Origin: Trueperaceae bacterium
GTDB lineage: Bacteria > Deinococcota > Deinococci > Deinococcales > Trueperaceae
Direction of reading: 5' to 3'
Assembly: GCA_036381035.1 (NCBI GenBank)
Contig: DASVDQ010000024.1
Coordinates: forward strand, 97,742-161,741
DNA: 64,000 nt
Below the pieces are notes generated by a model, which saw only the letters and a list, made by a program, of their open reading frames with translations, had not been told where the DNA came from and made no database searches. The position numbers and the translations under genes are program-made. This document shows, piece after piece, positions 1 through 9,825 of the stretch (position 1 is its first letter; every line of letters begins with the position of its first letter).

Positions 1-828
1 CGGCAGGTCCCTGAGCAGCTCCCGCAGCCAGCCGGTCGGGCCGGGCTCGGCGCCGGCCTCGTGCGCGGCGGCGACGGCCTTGGCGAGGTCCTCGGCGCCC
101 TCGAGGGCGTGGAGCATGTCGCCCTCGACGCTGGCCAGGAACTCCGCCGCCGCCTCCCTCGCCTCCTCCGTGGCGGCGAGGCTCTCCCGCGCGCGCTCCA
201 CGAGGCCCGGCTGACCCAGCCGCACGCCGGGGTGGTCCGGCAGGTCGGGGGCCGAGGCCCTCACGGCGCCGAACCTGACGTTCAGCGCCCGCGACGCGAC
301 CGTGGGCAGCAGCGCCTCCGGCCCTGGCGCCACGAGCACGACGTAGGCGTGGCCGGGCGGCTCCTCCAGGGTCTTCAGGAAGGCGTTGGCGGCGTGGGCG
401 TTCATCGCGTGTGCGCCGTCTATGACCCCGACCCTGAAGCGCCCGTGCGGCCGCGCGGCCAGCCACTCGCCCAGCGGCTCGGGGTCGGCGTTCGGCAGGT
501 CCCTCCGCACGAGCTGGTCGATCGCGATCTCGGGCCGCAGCTTCGCCCGGCCCGACCGGGCCGTGGCCTTCGGCGACACCTCCTTGAGGTCGAGCGACCT
601 GCCGGCGGCGACGGCGACGCACGAGGCGCACTCGCCGCAGGGACGCGAGCCCTCGGGCGCGAGGCAGTTCAGGTAGGCGCACAGCCACGCCGCGGCGCGT
701 CGCCGACCGACGCCGTCGGGACCGGAGAACAGGAGCGTGCGCTGGGCTCCTCCCGGCGGCGCGCCCGCGAGGAGCCGGCGCAGCGACTCCTCCTGGCCCC
801 AGGCGCCAAGGGACCCGGCCGCGCTCAA
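1..828 (-). CDS. holB: DNA polymerase III delta-prime subunit (clamp loader), 3' end outside window
   Basis: The minus frame is open from the window edge to TTG at 826-828. It is missing from the ORF track because it is truncated. My translation is MSAAGSLGAWGQEESLRRLLAGAPPGGAQRTLLFSGPDGVGRRRAAAWLCAYLNCLAPEGSRPCGECASCVAV...GHAYVVLVAPGPEALLPTVASRALNVRF. It shows a degenerate P-loop box, a Cys cluster and an SRC-like motif typical of HolB. The TTG overlaps the stop of the upstream gene (TTGA). Confidence 0.75.
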   Translation of the reverse strand, partial: MSAAGSLGAWGQEESLRRLLAGAPPGGAQRTLLFSGPDGVGRRRAAAWLCAYLNCLAPEGSRPCGECASCVAVAAGRSLDLKEVSPKATARSGRAKLRPEIAIDQLVRRDLPNADPEPLGEWLAARPHGRFRVGVIDGAHAMNAHAANAFLKTLEEPPGHAYVVLVAPGPEALLPTVASRALNVRFGAVRASAPDLPDHPGVRLGQPGLVERARESLAATEEAREAAAEFLASVEGDMLHALEGAEDLAKAVAAAHEAGAEPGPTGWLRELLRDLP

Positions 829-1580
829 CGGCCCACCGCCAGCCTGGCCGCCAGCACCTCGGGGTAGCCGGCGGCCCTGACCGCCGTCTGCACCGCCATC
901 ACGTCGAACTCCACGCGGTGGAAGTCGATGGTCATGCTCGGCACGTCGAAGAGCGCGTAGGCGGCCATGGGCACCTGGTCGCGCGGCTGGCCCACGGCGC
1001 CGGGGTTCGCGATCACGCGCGCCAGCGGCGGCACGCGGTAGGTCGAGCGCTCCTCGCGGAACGTCACCGTGCGCCACAGCTCCTGGGCCCCGTGCTTCGC
1101 CTGCGCGTAGACGCGCGGGTGGTGCGTGTGGCCGACGAACAGCAGGCGCGTGCTCATCAGCCCCACGTTGGCCTGGGCGCTGGAGAGCGTGGCCAGGTAC
1201 TCCCACTGGCGCGTCAGGGCGCCGTGGGCGGCCTCCCAGGTGTGGTCGACGTGGCGGGCCTGGAAGGTCCTGAGGAAGTCGAGGCTGGCGGGGGAGAGCT
1301 GCTCGGCGTGGCGCTCCAGCACCTCGAACACCACGCTGGCGTCGCCGCGCCCACGGCCGCCGTCGACGATGTCGAGCAGCGCCGCGTCGTGGTTGCCCAT
1401 GATCCTCACGCGCGGGGAGAGCTCGGCCAGGCGCTGCACGACCTCCTCGGCATGCGGGTAGTAGCCCACGGCGTCGCCCAGGAACGCCACCTCGTCGTAG
1501 CCGCGCTGCTTGGCGTGGAGGAGGACCGCGTCGAGAGCGGGCAGGTTCGCGTGGACGTCGCTCAGGACGAGGTACCGCAT
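825..1580 (-). CDS. Calcineurin-like metallophosphoesterase
   Basis: ORF 825..1907 trimmed to ATG 1580 (MRYLVLSDVHANLPALD...FLGDAVGYYP...GNHD...GHTHHP). The metallophosphoesterase motifs are present. A TATCCT box lies 8 nt upstream of the ATG. Confidence 0.85.
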   Translation of the reverse strand: MRYLVLSDVHANLPALDAVLLHAKQRGYDEVAFLGDAVGYYPHAEEVVQRLAELSPRVRIMGNHDAALLDIVDGGRGRGDASVVFEVLERHAEQLSPASLDFLRTFQARHVDHTWEAAHGALTRQWEYLATLSSAQANVGLMSTRLLFVGHTHHPRVYAQAKHGAQELWRTVTFREERSTYRVPPLARVIANPGAVGQPRDQVPMAAYALFDVPSMTIDFHRVEFDVMAVQTAVRAAGYPEVLAARLAVGR

Positions 1581-1653
1581 CAGCGCAGAGGATATCAGCA
1601 GCCCCCGCGGGGCCGGTCGGAGCGTCGCCCGGGGTGTAGATATACTGACGCCG

Positions 1654-2790
1654 ATGGGCCCGCCCGCGAAGAGTCGCCACGCCGGGCTGCTACGCGCGGC
1701 GCTGGCGGTGGCGGCCCTCCTCGTATCCACCGCGCAGGCGCAGGTCTCGGTGCCGACGTTCGGCACGCGCGGCGACGTCGACGAGACGGTCCTGACCGCG
1801 TTCATGGCCGCGTTCCGCTCGGCCGTGGGCGCCGCGACCGGCCTCGAGGTCCGCACCGGAGAGCGGATCACGCCGGGCATCGCCGGCGCCCTCGACCCGG
1901 AGCTCACGATGCTGATCGCCGAGCTCGACGGCGCGCGCTACGCCGTCAGCGGCGAGGTGGCCCGCGTGGCCGACGCCCTCGGGCCCGAGTACACGGTCAA
2001 CCTCATCGTCGTCGACTCGCAGGTCGACCGCGCCACCGACGTGATCAGCGCCCCGCTCGACCCGGCCGACCCGGGGCCTGCCGCCGCCGGCCTGGCCGCG
2101 GACGTAGCCGAGTTCACCAGGGCGGTCCTCGAGCTGCCGCAGGGCGACGCCGGCCTGTTCGTCTCCAGCGAGCCGGGCGACGCCCAGGTGTTCGTCGACG
2201 GCGTGTCGATCGGGCACACCGGCCAGCTCGACGTGGCCATGCTGAGGCCTGGCCGCTACCAGGTGGAGCTCCGCAAGGAGGGGTTCCTGCCGGAGGTCCG
2301 CATGGTCGAGCTGCGGGCGGGCGACACGAGCTTCCTCCACGTGATCCTGACGGCGATCTCCGGCGGCAGCGTGCAGGTGACGAGCCGGCCGCAGGCCCGC
2401 GTCTCGCTGGACGGCGAGGCGGCCGGGCGCACGCCAGCGACCCTGCCGGCGCTGCCCGGCATCCACACCGTGACGCTGGAGCGCGACGGCTTCCTGCCCG
2501 AGACCGTCTACGCCAACGTCCGCAACTACCGCGTCACCCGCGTCGAGGTGACGCTGACGCCCGTCGCGCCGCTCGTCGTCTTCTGGGACGAGCAGCGCGA
2601 GGTCATCGTCTACGTGGACGGACGCCTCATGCCGGGCGGCCACGCCGAGGGGATCACGCCCGGCCTGCGCGAGTTCCAGCTCGTGAGGGGCGGCGAGGTC
2701 AGGCGCTACCTGCGCGCCGTGCCGCAGACCGGCGTCCTGCGCCTCGACCTCGGCACTGGCGAGCTCGTGCCGTTCGAGCCGGCGCGCTGA
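1654..2790 (+). CDS. Secreted PEGA-domain protein
   Basis: ORF 1510..2790 trimmed to ATG 1654, with TATACT 7 nt upstream. It has a signal peptide (MGPPAKSRHAGLLRAALAVAALLVSTAQAQ) and PEGA-like repeats (SSEPGDAQVFVDGVSIGHTG..., VTSRPQARVSLDGEAAGRTPATLP...). Confidence 0.8.
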   Translation: MGPPAKSRHAGLLRAALAVAALLVSTAQAQVSVPTFGTRGDVDETVLTAFMAAFRSAVGAATGLEVRTGERITPGIAGALDPELTMLIAELDGARYAVSGEVARVADALGPEYTVNLIVVDSQVDRATDVISAPLDPADPGPAAAGLAADVAEFTRAVLELPQGDAGLFVSSEPGDAQVFVDGVSIGHTGQLDVAMLRPGRYQVELRKEGFLPEVRMVELRAGDTSFLHVILTAISGGSVQVTSRPQARVSLDGEAAGRTPATLPALPGIHTVTLERDGFLPETVYANVRNYRVTRVEVTLTPVAPLVVFWDEQREVIVYVDGRLMPGGHAEGITPGLREFQLVRGGEVRRYLRAVPQTGVLRLDLGTGELVPFEPAR

Positions 2791-2847
2791 GGGCGCCCCC
2801 GGAGGGCGGCGCCGCGCGCCCCGCCTCCGGTTCGCGGTCGGGAGGCC

Positions 2848-3819
2848 TCAGCGGCCGAACGGCCACACCACGCTGAGGCGCCCGGCGAGCGCGTCGGGGG
2901 CCGTCGGGTGCAGGGCGCCGGCAGCGAGCTCGAGGAGGGCCGTGGGCCCGCCGAGAGGCAGCTCCACCGACGCCGCGCCGCGCAGCGGACGAGCGTCGCG
3001 CCGGTAGGGCTCGAACGACGCGCTGAGCGTCACGCCGAGCTCGCCCAGCGACTCGTCGACCTCCAGGGACGCGCCGGGCGAGGGGCCGTTCTCGCCGTAG
3101 CCCAGCCAGGCCGTGAAGCGCCAGTCGGGCGCGCGTCCGCGCGGCAGCACCAGCGCGGCGCCGAGCGCCGCGTGGTCCCCGGGACCCGGCAGCAGCGCGA
3201 AGCTCAGGCGCGCCTGCAGCTCGTTCTCGCCGAGCGCCCTGACGACGCGCAGCGTCGCGCCCCCGGTGGCGGACGCGCCCCCCGGCGCCAGGTGGAGGCT
3301 GGGGGAGACGTCGAGGACCACGCGCCTGTCCAGCCTGAAGGTGCCGCCGGCCGCCAGCGAGAGGCGCGGACCGCCGAGGAGCGGGTCCTCGGCGGCCACG
3401 GCCAGGGGGTCGAAGCGCTCGGCGTCGGCGCCCGTCGCCGCCACGGCCAGGCGGGCCGCGACGCTGGCGATCACCCCGCGCGCGCCCAGGCTGGCGCGGG
3501 CGACGGGTCCCTGGCGCAGCTCTCCGCCCAGCTCGAAGACGACGTTCCCCAGGGGGCCGAACGCCTCGGCCGCGCTCAGGGACAGGCCCAGGCCGCTCGT
3601 CGCGAGTTCGAGGCCCACGGTGGTGCCGCCGACCCTCACGCCGCGCCAGGTCACGCCCAGCGACGCCCCGCAGGTGGCGGGCGGCGCGGCGACGCAGCCG
3701 GCCGCCGTCGCCGCGACGGTCTGCGCGGAGGCGGCGCCGAGCGCCAGGCACAGGCAGGCGGCGAGCGCGGGGCGCGGCTTGGCGACGCGGCCCTGGAGCG
3801 CGCGGGGGAGGGGGCTCAT
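2848..3819 (-). CDS. Secreted hypothetical protein, possible beta-barrel outer-membrane protein
   Basis: 323-aa ORF with an N-terminal signal peptide (ALAACLCLALGAASAQ) and an alternating hydrophobic, beta-strand-like pattern rich in Gly, Ala and Leu. A TACGCT box lies 7 nt upstream of the ATG. The function is not recognised. Confidence 0.6.
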   Translation of the reverse strand: MSPLPRALQGRVAKPRPALAACLCLALGAASAQTVAATAAGCVAAPPATCGASLGVTWRGVRVGGTTVGLELATSGLGLSLSAAEAFGPLGNVVFELGGELRQGPVARASLGARGVIASVAARLAVAATGADAERFDPLAVAAEDPLLGGPRLSLAAGGTFRLDRRVVLDVSPSLHLAPGGASATGGATLRVVRALGENELQARLSFALLPGPGDHAALGAALVLPRGRAPDWRFTAWLGYGENGPSPGASLEVDESLGELGVTLSASFEPYRRDARPLRGAASVELPLGGPTALLELAAGALHPTAPDALAGRLSVVWPFGR

Positions 3820-3857
3820 CCGGGAGAGCGTAACCCGCCGCGTTAGGATGGCTCGCC

Positions 3858-6401
3858 ATGAAGGTCCTGGGCCACCTCACCGTCCAGCCGCGCCTGCCCG
3901 AGCGCATCGGCCGGCTCGGCGACCTCTCCTACGACCTCTACTGGACGTGGAAGCCCGACGCCAGGAGGCTGTTCCGCGAGCTCCACCCCGAGGCGTGGGA
4001 GCGCTCGAACCACGACCCCGTCGTCGTGCTCCGCGAGGTGGACCAGGCGCGGCTCGAGGCGGCGGCGCGGGACCCGGCCTACCTCGAGCTCTACGACCGC
4101 GTCGTCGCGCGCTGGGACGCCTACCGCGAGCGCGACACCTGGTTCCGCACCGTCGCCGCGGAGGGGGGCGTGCCGGCGCCGCGCTTCGCCTACTTCTGCG
4201 CCGAGTACGGCTGGCACGAGTCGATCTCGCTCTACTCCGGGGGGCTGGGCGTGCTGGCGGGCGACCACACGAAGGCCGCCTCCGACCTCGGCGTGCCGCT
4301 CACCGCCGTCGGGCTCTACTACCCGGAGGGCTACTTCCACCAGCGCGTCGCCGACGACGGCAGCCAGGAGGCCGTCTACGTCAGGGTGCCGCCCGAGGAC
4401 ACGCCGTTCACCCCGGTGCTAGGTCCGGGGGGCGAGCGCGCCCTCGTGACCGTGCGGCTGTTCGGGCGCGACGTCAGGGTGCAGGCCTGGCGCTGCCGCG
4501 TCGGGCTCGTGGAGGCGCTGCTGCTCGACACCGACGTCGCGGGCAACGACGAGGAGGCCAGGCGGCTCCTCGCCCGCCTCTACGGCGGCGACCAGCGCAC
4601 GCGCATCGGGCAGGAGGTCGTGCTGGGCGTGGGCGGCGTGCGGCTGCTGCGCGCCCTGGGCCTGAGCCCCACGAGCTGGCACATGAACGAGGGCCACTCC
4701 GCCTTCATGGCCCTCGAGCGCTGCCGCGAGCTCGTGGAGGAGGGCCGCACGTTCGCCGAGGCGCGCGAGGTCGTCGCCGCCAGCACCGTGTTCACGGTGC
4801 ACACGCCCGTGGCCGCCGGCAACGACGCGTTCCCCTTCGACCTGGCGCGGGAGTGCTTCGACGGCTACTGGGAGGAGCTGGGGCTGACCGCGCGGGAGTT
4901 CGAGGACCTCGCCAGGGCCGACCACGGCTGGGGCGAGGCGTTCAGCATGACGGCGCTGGCCCTGCGCTTCTCCTCCGGCCGCAACGGCGTCTCCGCGCTG
5001 CACGGCGAGACGAGCCGGCGCATCTGGGCCGACCTGTGGCCGGGCGTGCCAGAGGACGAGGTGCCCATCGGCCACGTGACGAACGGCGTGCACCTGCGCA
5101 CGTGGATGGCGCCGGCCGTCCAGGACCTCGTCGCGGAGGTGCTCGGCGAGGGCTGGCTCGACGCCGCCGACGACGAGGCGCTGTGGGAGCCCTTCCGCGG
5201 CGTGGACCCCGCCAGGCTGTGGGAGGTCAGGCGGGCGCTCAAGCGGCAGAGCCTGCGCTTCCTCAGGCGCCGCCTGGCGCGCCAGCTCGTGCGGCACGAG
5301 GCGAGCGCCGCCGCGCTCAGGGGCTCGGAGACCCTCTTCGACGCCGACAGTCTCACGATCGGCTTCGCCCGCCGCTTCGCGGCCTACAAGCGCGCCACGC
5401 TGGTGTTCCGCGACCTCGACAGGCTGCACAGGCTCCTCGCGGACCCCGACAGGCCGGTGCAGCTCGTGTTCGCCGGCAAGGCCCACCCGGCCGACCAGCA
5501 GGGCCAGGGCCTGATCGCCCACATCCACGGGCTCTCCAAGGACCCGCGCTTCGCCGGGCGCGTCCTCTTCGTCGAGGACTACGACATGGCCGTCGGCCGC
5601 GCCCTGACCCGCGGCGTCGACGTGTGGCTGAACAACCCGCGCCGGCCCCTCGAGGCGTCGGGCACCAGCGGCCAGAAGGCCGCCGTCAACGGCGTGCTGA
5701 ACCTCTCCGTGCTCGACGGCTGGTGGCCGGAGGGCTACCGCGGCGACAACGGCTGGGCCGTGGGCGGCGGCAGGGTCTACCACGACGAGGAGCGGGGCGA
5801 CGCCGCCGACGCCGACTCGCTCTACACCCTCCTGGAGCAGGAGGTCGTCCCCCTCTACTACCAGCGCGACGCCGCCGGCCCGCCCGCCGAGTGGCTGCGG
5901 CGCAGCGCCGCGGCGATCGCCACGGTGGCGCCGCGGTTCAACGCCGGCCGCATGGTCAAGGAGTACGTGCGGCGCTTCTACCTGCCGGCCAGCGCGCGCG
6001 GCCGGCGGCTCGCCGCCGGGGACGCCTCGCGGCGCCTGGCCGAGTGGCGCGCCCGCGTCGAGCGCGCCTGGCAGGGGGTCGCGGTCGAGGCCGGGCTCGC
6101 GTCGCCCGAGGTCGCGCGGGCGGGAGACCCGGTGGTGGTCACCGCGACCGTGACGGCGCCGGGCTGGTCGCAGGAGGAGCTGGCCGTCGAGGTCGTCTAC
6201 AGCCGGTCCGCCGACGGGCTGCGGCACGGCCTGCGCGCGGTGCCGATGCTCGCCGGCCCCGCTGCGGGCGAGGCGATCCCGTACCGCGCCGAGTTCGTGC
6301 CGGAGCTGTCGGGCCGTCTGGCGTACGGCGTGCGCGTCCGCCCCGTCAACGACCTGCTGGCGCACCCGCAGGACGCGCACGCGGTGACGTGGGCGGGTTA
6401 A
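3858..6401 (+). CDS. glgP: Alpha-glucan (glycogen/maltodextrin) phosphorylase, GT35 family
   Basis: 847-aa ORF. The N-terminus (LGDLSYDLYWTWKPDARRLF) is typical of the alpha-glucan phosphorylase subfamily. The PLP-lysine region is LEASGTSGQKAAVNGVLNLSVLDGWW. TAGGAT lies 8 nt upstream of the ATG. Confidence 0.9.
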   Translation: MKVLGHLTVQPRLPERIGRLGDLSYDLYWTWKPDARRLFRELHPEAWERSNHDPVVVLREVDQARLEAAARDPAYLELYDRVVARWDAYRERDTWFRTVAAEGGVPAPRFAYFCAEYGWHESISLYSGGLGVLAGDHTKAASDLGVPLTAVGLYYPEGYFHQRVADDGSQEAVYVRVPPEDTPFTPVLGPGGERALVTVRLFGRDVRVQAWRCRVGLVEALLLDTDVAGNDEEARRLLARLYGGDQRTRIGQEVVLGVGGVRLLRALGLSPTSWHMNEGHSAFMALERCRELVEEGRTFAEAREVVAASTVFTVHTPVAAGNDAFPFDLARECFDGYWEELGLTAREFEDLARADHGWGEAFSMTALALRFSSGRNGVSALHGETSRRIWADLWPGVPEDEVPIGHVTNGVHLRTWMAPAVQDLVAEVLGEGWLDAADDEALWEPFRGVDPARLWEVRRALKRQSLRFLRRRLARQLVRHEASAAALRGSETLFDADSLTIGFARRFAAYKRATLVFRDLDRLHRLLADPDRPVQLVFAGKAHPADQQGQGLIAHIHGLSKDPRFAGRVLFVEDYDMAVGRALTRGVDVWLNNPRRPLEASGTSGQKAAVNGVLNLSVLDGWWPEGYRGDNGWAVGGGRVYHDEERGDAADADSLYTLLEQEVVPLYYQRDAAGPPAEWLRRSAAAIATVAPRFNAGRMVKEYVRRFYLPASARGRRLAAGDASRRLAEWRARVERAWQGVAVEAGLASPEVARAGDPVVVTATVTAPGWSQEELAVEVVYSRSADGLRHGLRAVPMLAGPAAGEAIPYRAEFVPELSGRLAYGVRVRPVNDLLAHPQDAHAVTWAG

Positions 6402-6409
6402 GGTCTGGC

Positions 6410-7009
6410 ATGGCCGTTACCAGGGAGGAGGCCCTCGCGCTCATGGAGGAGTGGACCCAGAGCGAGAGCCTCCGCAAGCACATGCTGGCGGTGGAGGCGG
6501 CCGTGGCGGCGTACGCGCGCAAGCTCGGCGGCGACGAGGAGACGTGGTCCGTCGCGGCGCTCCTCCACGACTTCGACTACGAGCGCTACCCGATCGCCGA
6601 CGGGGGTCAGGAGGGCCACCCCTTCGTGGGCGTCGCCCACCTGCGCGAGCTCGGCTACCCGCAGGAGGTCCTCGACGCGATCCTCGGCCACGCCGACTTC
6701 TCCGGCGTGCCGCGGGAGAGCTTCCTCGCCAAGGTGCTCTACGCCTGCGACGAGATCACGGGCCTGATCACGGCCGCCGTGCTGGTGCGGCCCGACAAGG
6801 ACATCGCGAACCTCGAGCTCGCGAGCGTGAGGAAGAAGTTCAAGGACAAGGCCTTCGCCAGGGGCGTGAACCGCGACGACGTCAGGCGCGGCGCCGAGGA
6901 GCTCGGCGTCGACCTGTGGGAGCACGTGCAGTTCGTCCTCGACGCGATGAAGGCGAACGCGTCCGCGCTCGGCCTCGACGGGCGCCTCGCCTCGCCGGCG
7001 GGCGCCTAG
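6410..7009 (+). CDS. HD-domain metal-dependent phosphohydrolase
   Basis: This is the last 199 codons of track ORF 3113..7009, starting at ATG 6410 (MAVTREEALALMEEW...LLHDFDYE...ILGHADF). It carries the HD motif. TAAGGT lies 5 nt upstream and overlaps the glgP stop. Confidence 0.8.
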   Translation: MAVTREEALALMEEWTQSESLRKHMLAVEAAVAAYARKLGGDEETWSVAALLHDFDYERYPIADGGQEGHPFVGVAHLRELGYPQEVLDAILGHADFSGVPRESFLAKVLYACDEITGLITAAVLVRPDKDIANLELASVRKKFKDKAFARGVNRDDVRRGAEELGVDLWEHVQFVLDAMKANASALGLDGRLASPAGA

Positions 7010-7578
7010 GGACCCGCCCCGCCGGGGCGCCACGCGGCGACCACCCGCCCGCGCACCGCGGCGGGCGGCAGCGGTCCGTAGTCGCGCGAGTCGCGCGAGG
7101 CGAGGGGCCGCCTGTCGTCGCCGAGGACGAACAGCTCCCCCGGCCCCAGACGGGTCGGCGGCACGTCGGAGACGCCCGCGCGGACCGGGACAGGCGCCGA
7201 GGACCTCTCGCCGTCGACGAGCAGCTCGCCCCGCGCCATCGCCACGGTGGCGGGGCCCACCGCCGCCACGCGCTTCAGCGACAGGCCGCCGCCCGGCGGC
7301 GCGACCACGACGACGTCGCCCGGCCGGTAGCCCCGCCCCGGGCGGGTGAGCGCGTGGAGGGGCGGGCGCAGCACGAGCACGACGGTGCCGGGCGGGTAGC
7401 TGGGCGCCATGCTTGACCCCTCGACGCGCATCAGGGTCGCCCCCTGCGTGGCGAGCAGCAGCCCCAGGGCCACGCCCAGGGCCAGCCACAGCCAGGGGCG
7501 CCCGCCGCGCCCGGCGACCCGGCGCGCGTCGCGCGGGGCGGGCGCCTCCTGCGCCGGCGTCGGGGCGGCGACCTTCAA
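7006..7578 (-). CDS. lepB: Signal peptidase I (S26)
   Basis: This is the C-terminal part of ORF 7006..7881. It has a TM segment (PWLWLALGVALGLLLA), the catalytic Ser box (GSSMAPS), a Lys box (LSLKRVAAVGP) and GDDRRPLASRDSRDYGP. The start is assigned to TTG 7578, which overlaps the patatin stop (TTGA). The start is less certain than the call. Confidence 0.75.
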   Translation of the reverse strand: MKVAAPTPAQEAPAPRDARRVAGRGGRPWLWLALGVALGLLLATQGATLMRVEGSSMAPSYPPGTVVLVLRPPLHALTRPGRGYRPGDVVVVAPPGGGLSLKRVAAVGPATVAMARGELLVDGERSSAPVPVRAGVSDVPPTRLGPGELFVLGDDRRPLASRDSRDYGPLPPAAVRGRVVAAWRPGGAGP

Positions 7579-8471
7579 CCGCCGCCGCGCGCGAGGGCGG
7601 GCTCGTCGGCGCCCCCGGCGGCGGCGACGAAGCTCTCCCAGCCGCCGCGCTCCTCGATCGCCGCGGCGGCGGCTGCCTCGCCTATCGCCACGATGTGGTC
7701 TAGGTCCTTGAACGACTCGACGCGGTACTGGGGCATGGCCATGCGCACGCGCAGGTCGGGCGGGTTCAGGCTCGCGTGGACGTCGGCGAGGATCGACTGC
7801 ATGATGTCGCTCGAGCGCAGCAGCATCTGCACCATGGGGTTGCGCCGCTCGAGCTTCACCGTCGCCACCATCCGCTCCCACCAGTTCCCCTCCTGGTCGG
7901 GCGTGCGGTAGACGGAGCGCCGGGCCGGCGTCACGTCGGACGCCACGGTGCGGGTGGCGCCCAGGAACGTGGCGGCGGCGACCGGCAGGTTGTTCACGAT
8001 GCCGCCGTCGGCCAGCGTGCGCCCGCCGTACTGGATCGGCTCGATCGCGCCGGGGAAGCTCGACGAGGCCCTGATCGCCCGCACGAGGTCGCCCTCCTGG
8101 AGCAGGACGGCCTCGCCCGTCTCGATGTCGGTGGTCGTGACCGCGAACGGGACCGGCAGGTCGTCGAAGGACCGCGGCAGGAGCTCGGCGAGGAACGACT
8201 CGAGCTTGTCGCCCTTGATGAGGCCGGCCTGCAGCGAGATGTCGACGACGTCGCGCCAGCTCACGCCCTTGGCGATCTCGTGTATCTCGTCGGCGCTGCG
8301 CCCGGCGGCGTAAAGGGCGCCGATGATCGCGCCCATCGAGGTGCCCGCCACGACGTCGAAGCGGGCACCCACCCGCTCGAGGACGCGCAGCACGCCGATG
8401 TGCGCGAACGCCCGGGCCCCGCCCCCGGAGAGGACGAGGCCCAGGCGGCAGGCTCGGCCGGGACGCTCCAT
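7575..8471 (-). CDS. Patatin-like phospholipase
   Basis: Motifs: LVLSGGGARAFAHIGVL (oxyanion GGGxR), the GTSMG nucleophile elbow, and a DGG-containing C-terminal half. ATG 8471 is preferred over GTG 8489 because a TAGCTT box lies 8 nt upstream. Confidence 0.85.
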   Translation of the reverse strand: MERPGRACRLGLVLSGGGARAFAHIGVLRVLERVGARFDVVAGTSMGAIIGALYAAGRSADEIHEIAKGVSWRDVVDISLQAGLIKGDKLESFLAELLPRSFDDLPVPFAVTTTDIETGEAVLLQEGDLVRAIRASSSFPGAIEPIQYGGRTLADGGIVNNLPVAAATFLGATRTVASDVTPARRSVYRTPDQEGNWWERMVATVKLERRNPMVQMLLRSSDIMQSILADVHASLNPPDLRVRMAMPQYRVESFKDLDHIVAIGEAAAAAAIEERGGWESFVAAAGGADEPALARGGG

Positions 8472-8529
8472 AGCGCCAGAAGCTAGCACGGGCCCGGGCG
8501 ACCGCGCGGTCGCCCGCGCCCGGCCTTCG

Positions 8530-9825
8530 CTACTGCTGCTCGCCCTGCTGCTGGCCGCCCGAGGGCACCACCCGCAGCGTGACCTCGACCTCGCGCTCGC
8601 GGCCGTCCCGCCAGACGGTGAGCGTGACGACGTCGCCCTCCTCGCGCTCGAGCACGAGGGCCTGCAGGTCCTGGACCTCGTCGACGGGCTCGCCCTCGGC
8701 GGCCACGATCACGTCGCCGCCGGCGGGGAACTGCTGCTGGCCGATCACGGCCATGAACTGCGCGCCGACGATGCCGGCCTCGTCCGCGGGCCCGCCGGGG
8801 TCGACCGCGACCACGACCACGCCCTCATCGGGCAGGCGCAGCGCCTCGCGGGCCTCCTCGGGGTAGTCGGAGAGCGGGACGATCTGGATGCCCAGGCGCG
8901 CGCGGTCCTGGATCGTCTGGGAGGCGGCGTAGAAGCCGACGAGGCCGCCCTCGCGCAGCTCGGGCAGCGTCTCGGCCAGCAGCGAGCTGGGCACGGCGAA
9001 GCCGATGCCGATGTTCGCCGCCTGCCCCGAGGCGCTCATGCCCGGCACGATCATCGTGTTGATGCCGACGAGCCTGCCCGACGAGTCGAGCAGCGGCCCG
9101 CCCGAGTTGCCCGGGTTGATCGCCGCGTCCGTCTGGATCATGGGGATGTCGACCTGGCCGATGGACGTGAGCTCGCGGCCGATGGCCGAGACGATGCCTT
9201 GGGTGACCGTCGACTGCAGGCCGAAGGGGTTGCCGATGGCGATGACCTTCTGGCCCACCTGGACGTCGTCCGAGTCGGCGAGCTCGATGGGCTCGACGCC
9301 CGCGGGGACGGCCGAGGGGTCCTCGAGCTCGAGGAGGGCGACGTCGTAGTCGGGGTTCGCGCCCACGACCCGCGCCCTCACGGGCTCATCGCCGTCGGGG
9401 AAGGAGACCGTGATCGTGGCCCTGTCGCGCGGCTCGATCGAGTTCTCCTGCAGCGCGGCGCGCACCACGTGGTAGTTCGTGACGATGTGCCCCTCGTCGT
9501 CGATCACGAACCCGGAGCCGCTGCTCTGCTGCACGCGGGGGATGCCCTGCGGCGGGAAGAGCTGCCTGAACGGCTCGGGCAGGAACGGCAGGTTCTGGAA
9601 CGGGTTGATGACCTCGCCTCGGACCTCGACGGTGATCGCGACGACGCTGGGACCGATGGCCCTCACGACGTCGATGGTGTTCTGCTCGTCCTGGAGCCTG
9701 GCGGCCTCCGGGTCAGGCGGCCGCACCGCGCCCTGCGCGGTCACGGCGCCCGTGCTCCAGAGGGCCACGGCGCCTAGTGCCGAGGCGAAGACGATGGCTA
9801 TGACGATCGGCCTGATGCGGAACAA
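8530..9825 (-). CDS. HtrA/DegP-family serine protease with PDZ domain
   Basis: 431 aa with an N-terminal TM/signal segment. The trypsin-like core shows GSGFVIDDEGHIVTNYHVV, DVALLEL and NPGNSGGPLL, and there is a C-terminal PDZ-like region. TTG start at 9825. Confidence 0.9.
   Translation of the reverse strand: MFRIRPIVIAIVFASALGAVALWSTGAVTAQGAVRPPDPEAARLQDEQNTIDVVRAIGPSVVAITVEVRGEVINPFQNLPFLPEPFRQLFPPQGIPRVQQSSGSGFVIDDEGHIVTNYHVVRAALQENSIEPRDRATITVSFPDGDEPVRARVVGANPDYDVALLELEDPSAVPAGVEPIELADSDDVQVGQKVIAIGNPFGLQSTVTQGIVSAIGRELTSIGQVDIPMIQTDAAINPGNSGGPLLDSSGRLVGINTMIVPGMSASGQAANIGIGFAVPSSLLAETLPELREGGLVGFYAASQTIQDRARLGIQIVPLSDYPEEAREALRLPDEGVVVVAVDPGGPADEAGIVGAQFMAVIGQQQFPAGGDVIVAAEGEPVDEVQDLQALVLEREEGDVVTLTVWRDGREREVEVTLRVVPSGGQQQGEQQ

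Noticed and set aside
918-2876. A 652-aa plus-strand ORF, together with the overlapping ORFs 1690..2643(-), 1126..1461(+), 1938..2240(-) and 2256..2468(-).
   Set aside because: Their composition (R/G/A/P/H) is extreme and typical of shadow frames in a high-GC genome. They overlap the well-supported metallophosphoesterase and PEGA genes and carry no recognisable motifs.
3113-6409. The N-terminal ~1100 codons of the 1298-aa track ORF 3113..7009.
   Set aside because: This stretch is an Arg/Pro/Gly-rich read-through frame overlapping glgP. Only the last 199 codons, from ATG 6410, look like a real HD-domain protein.
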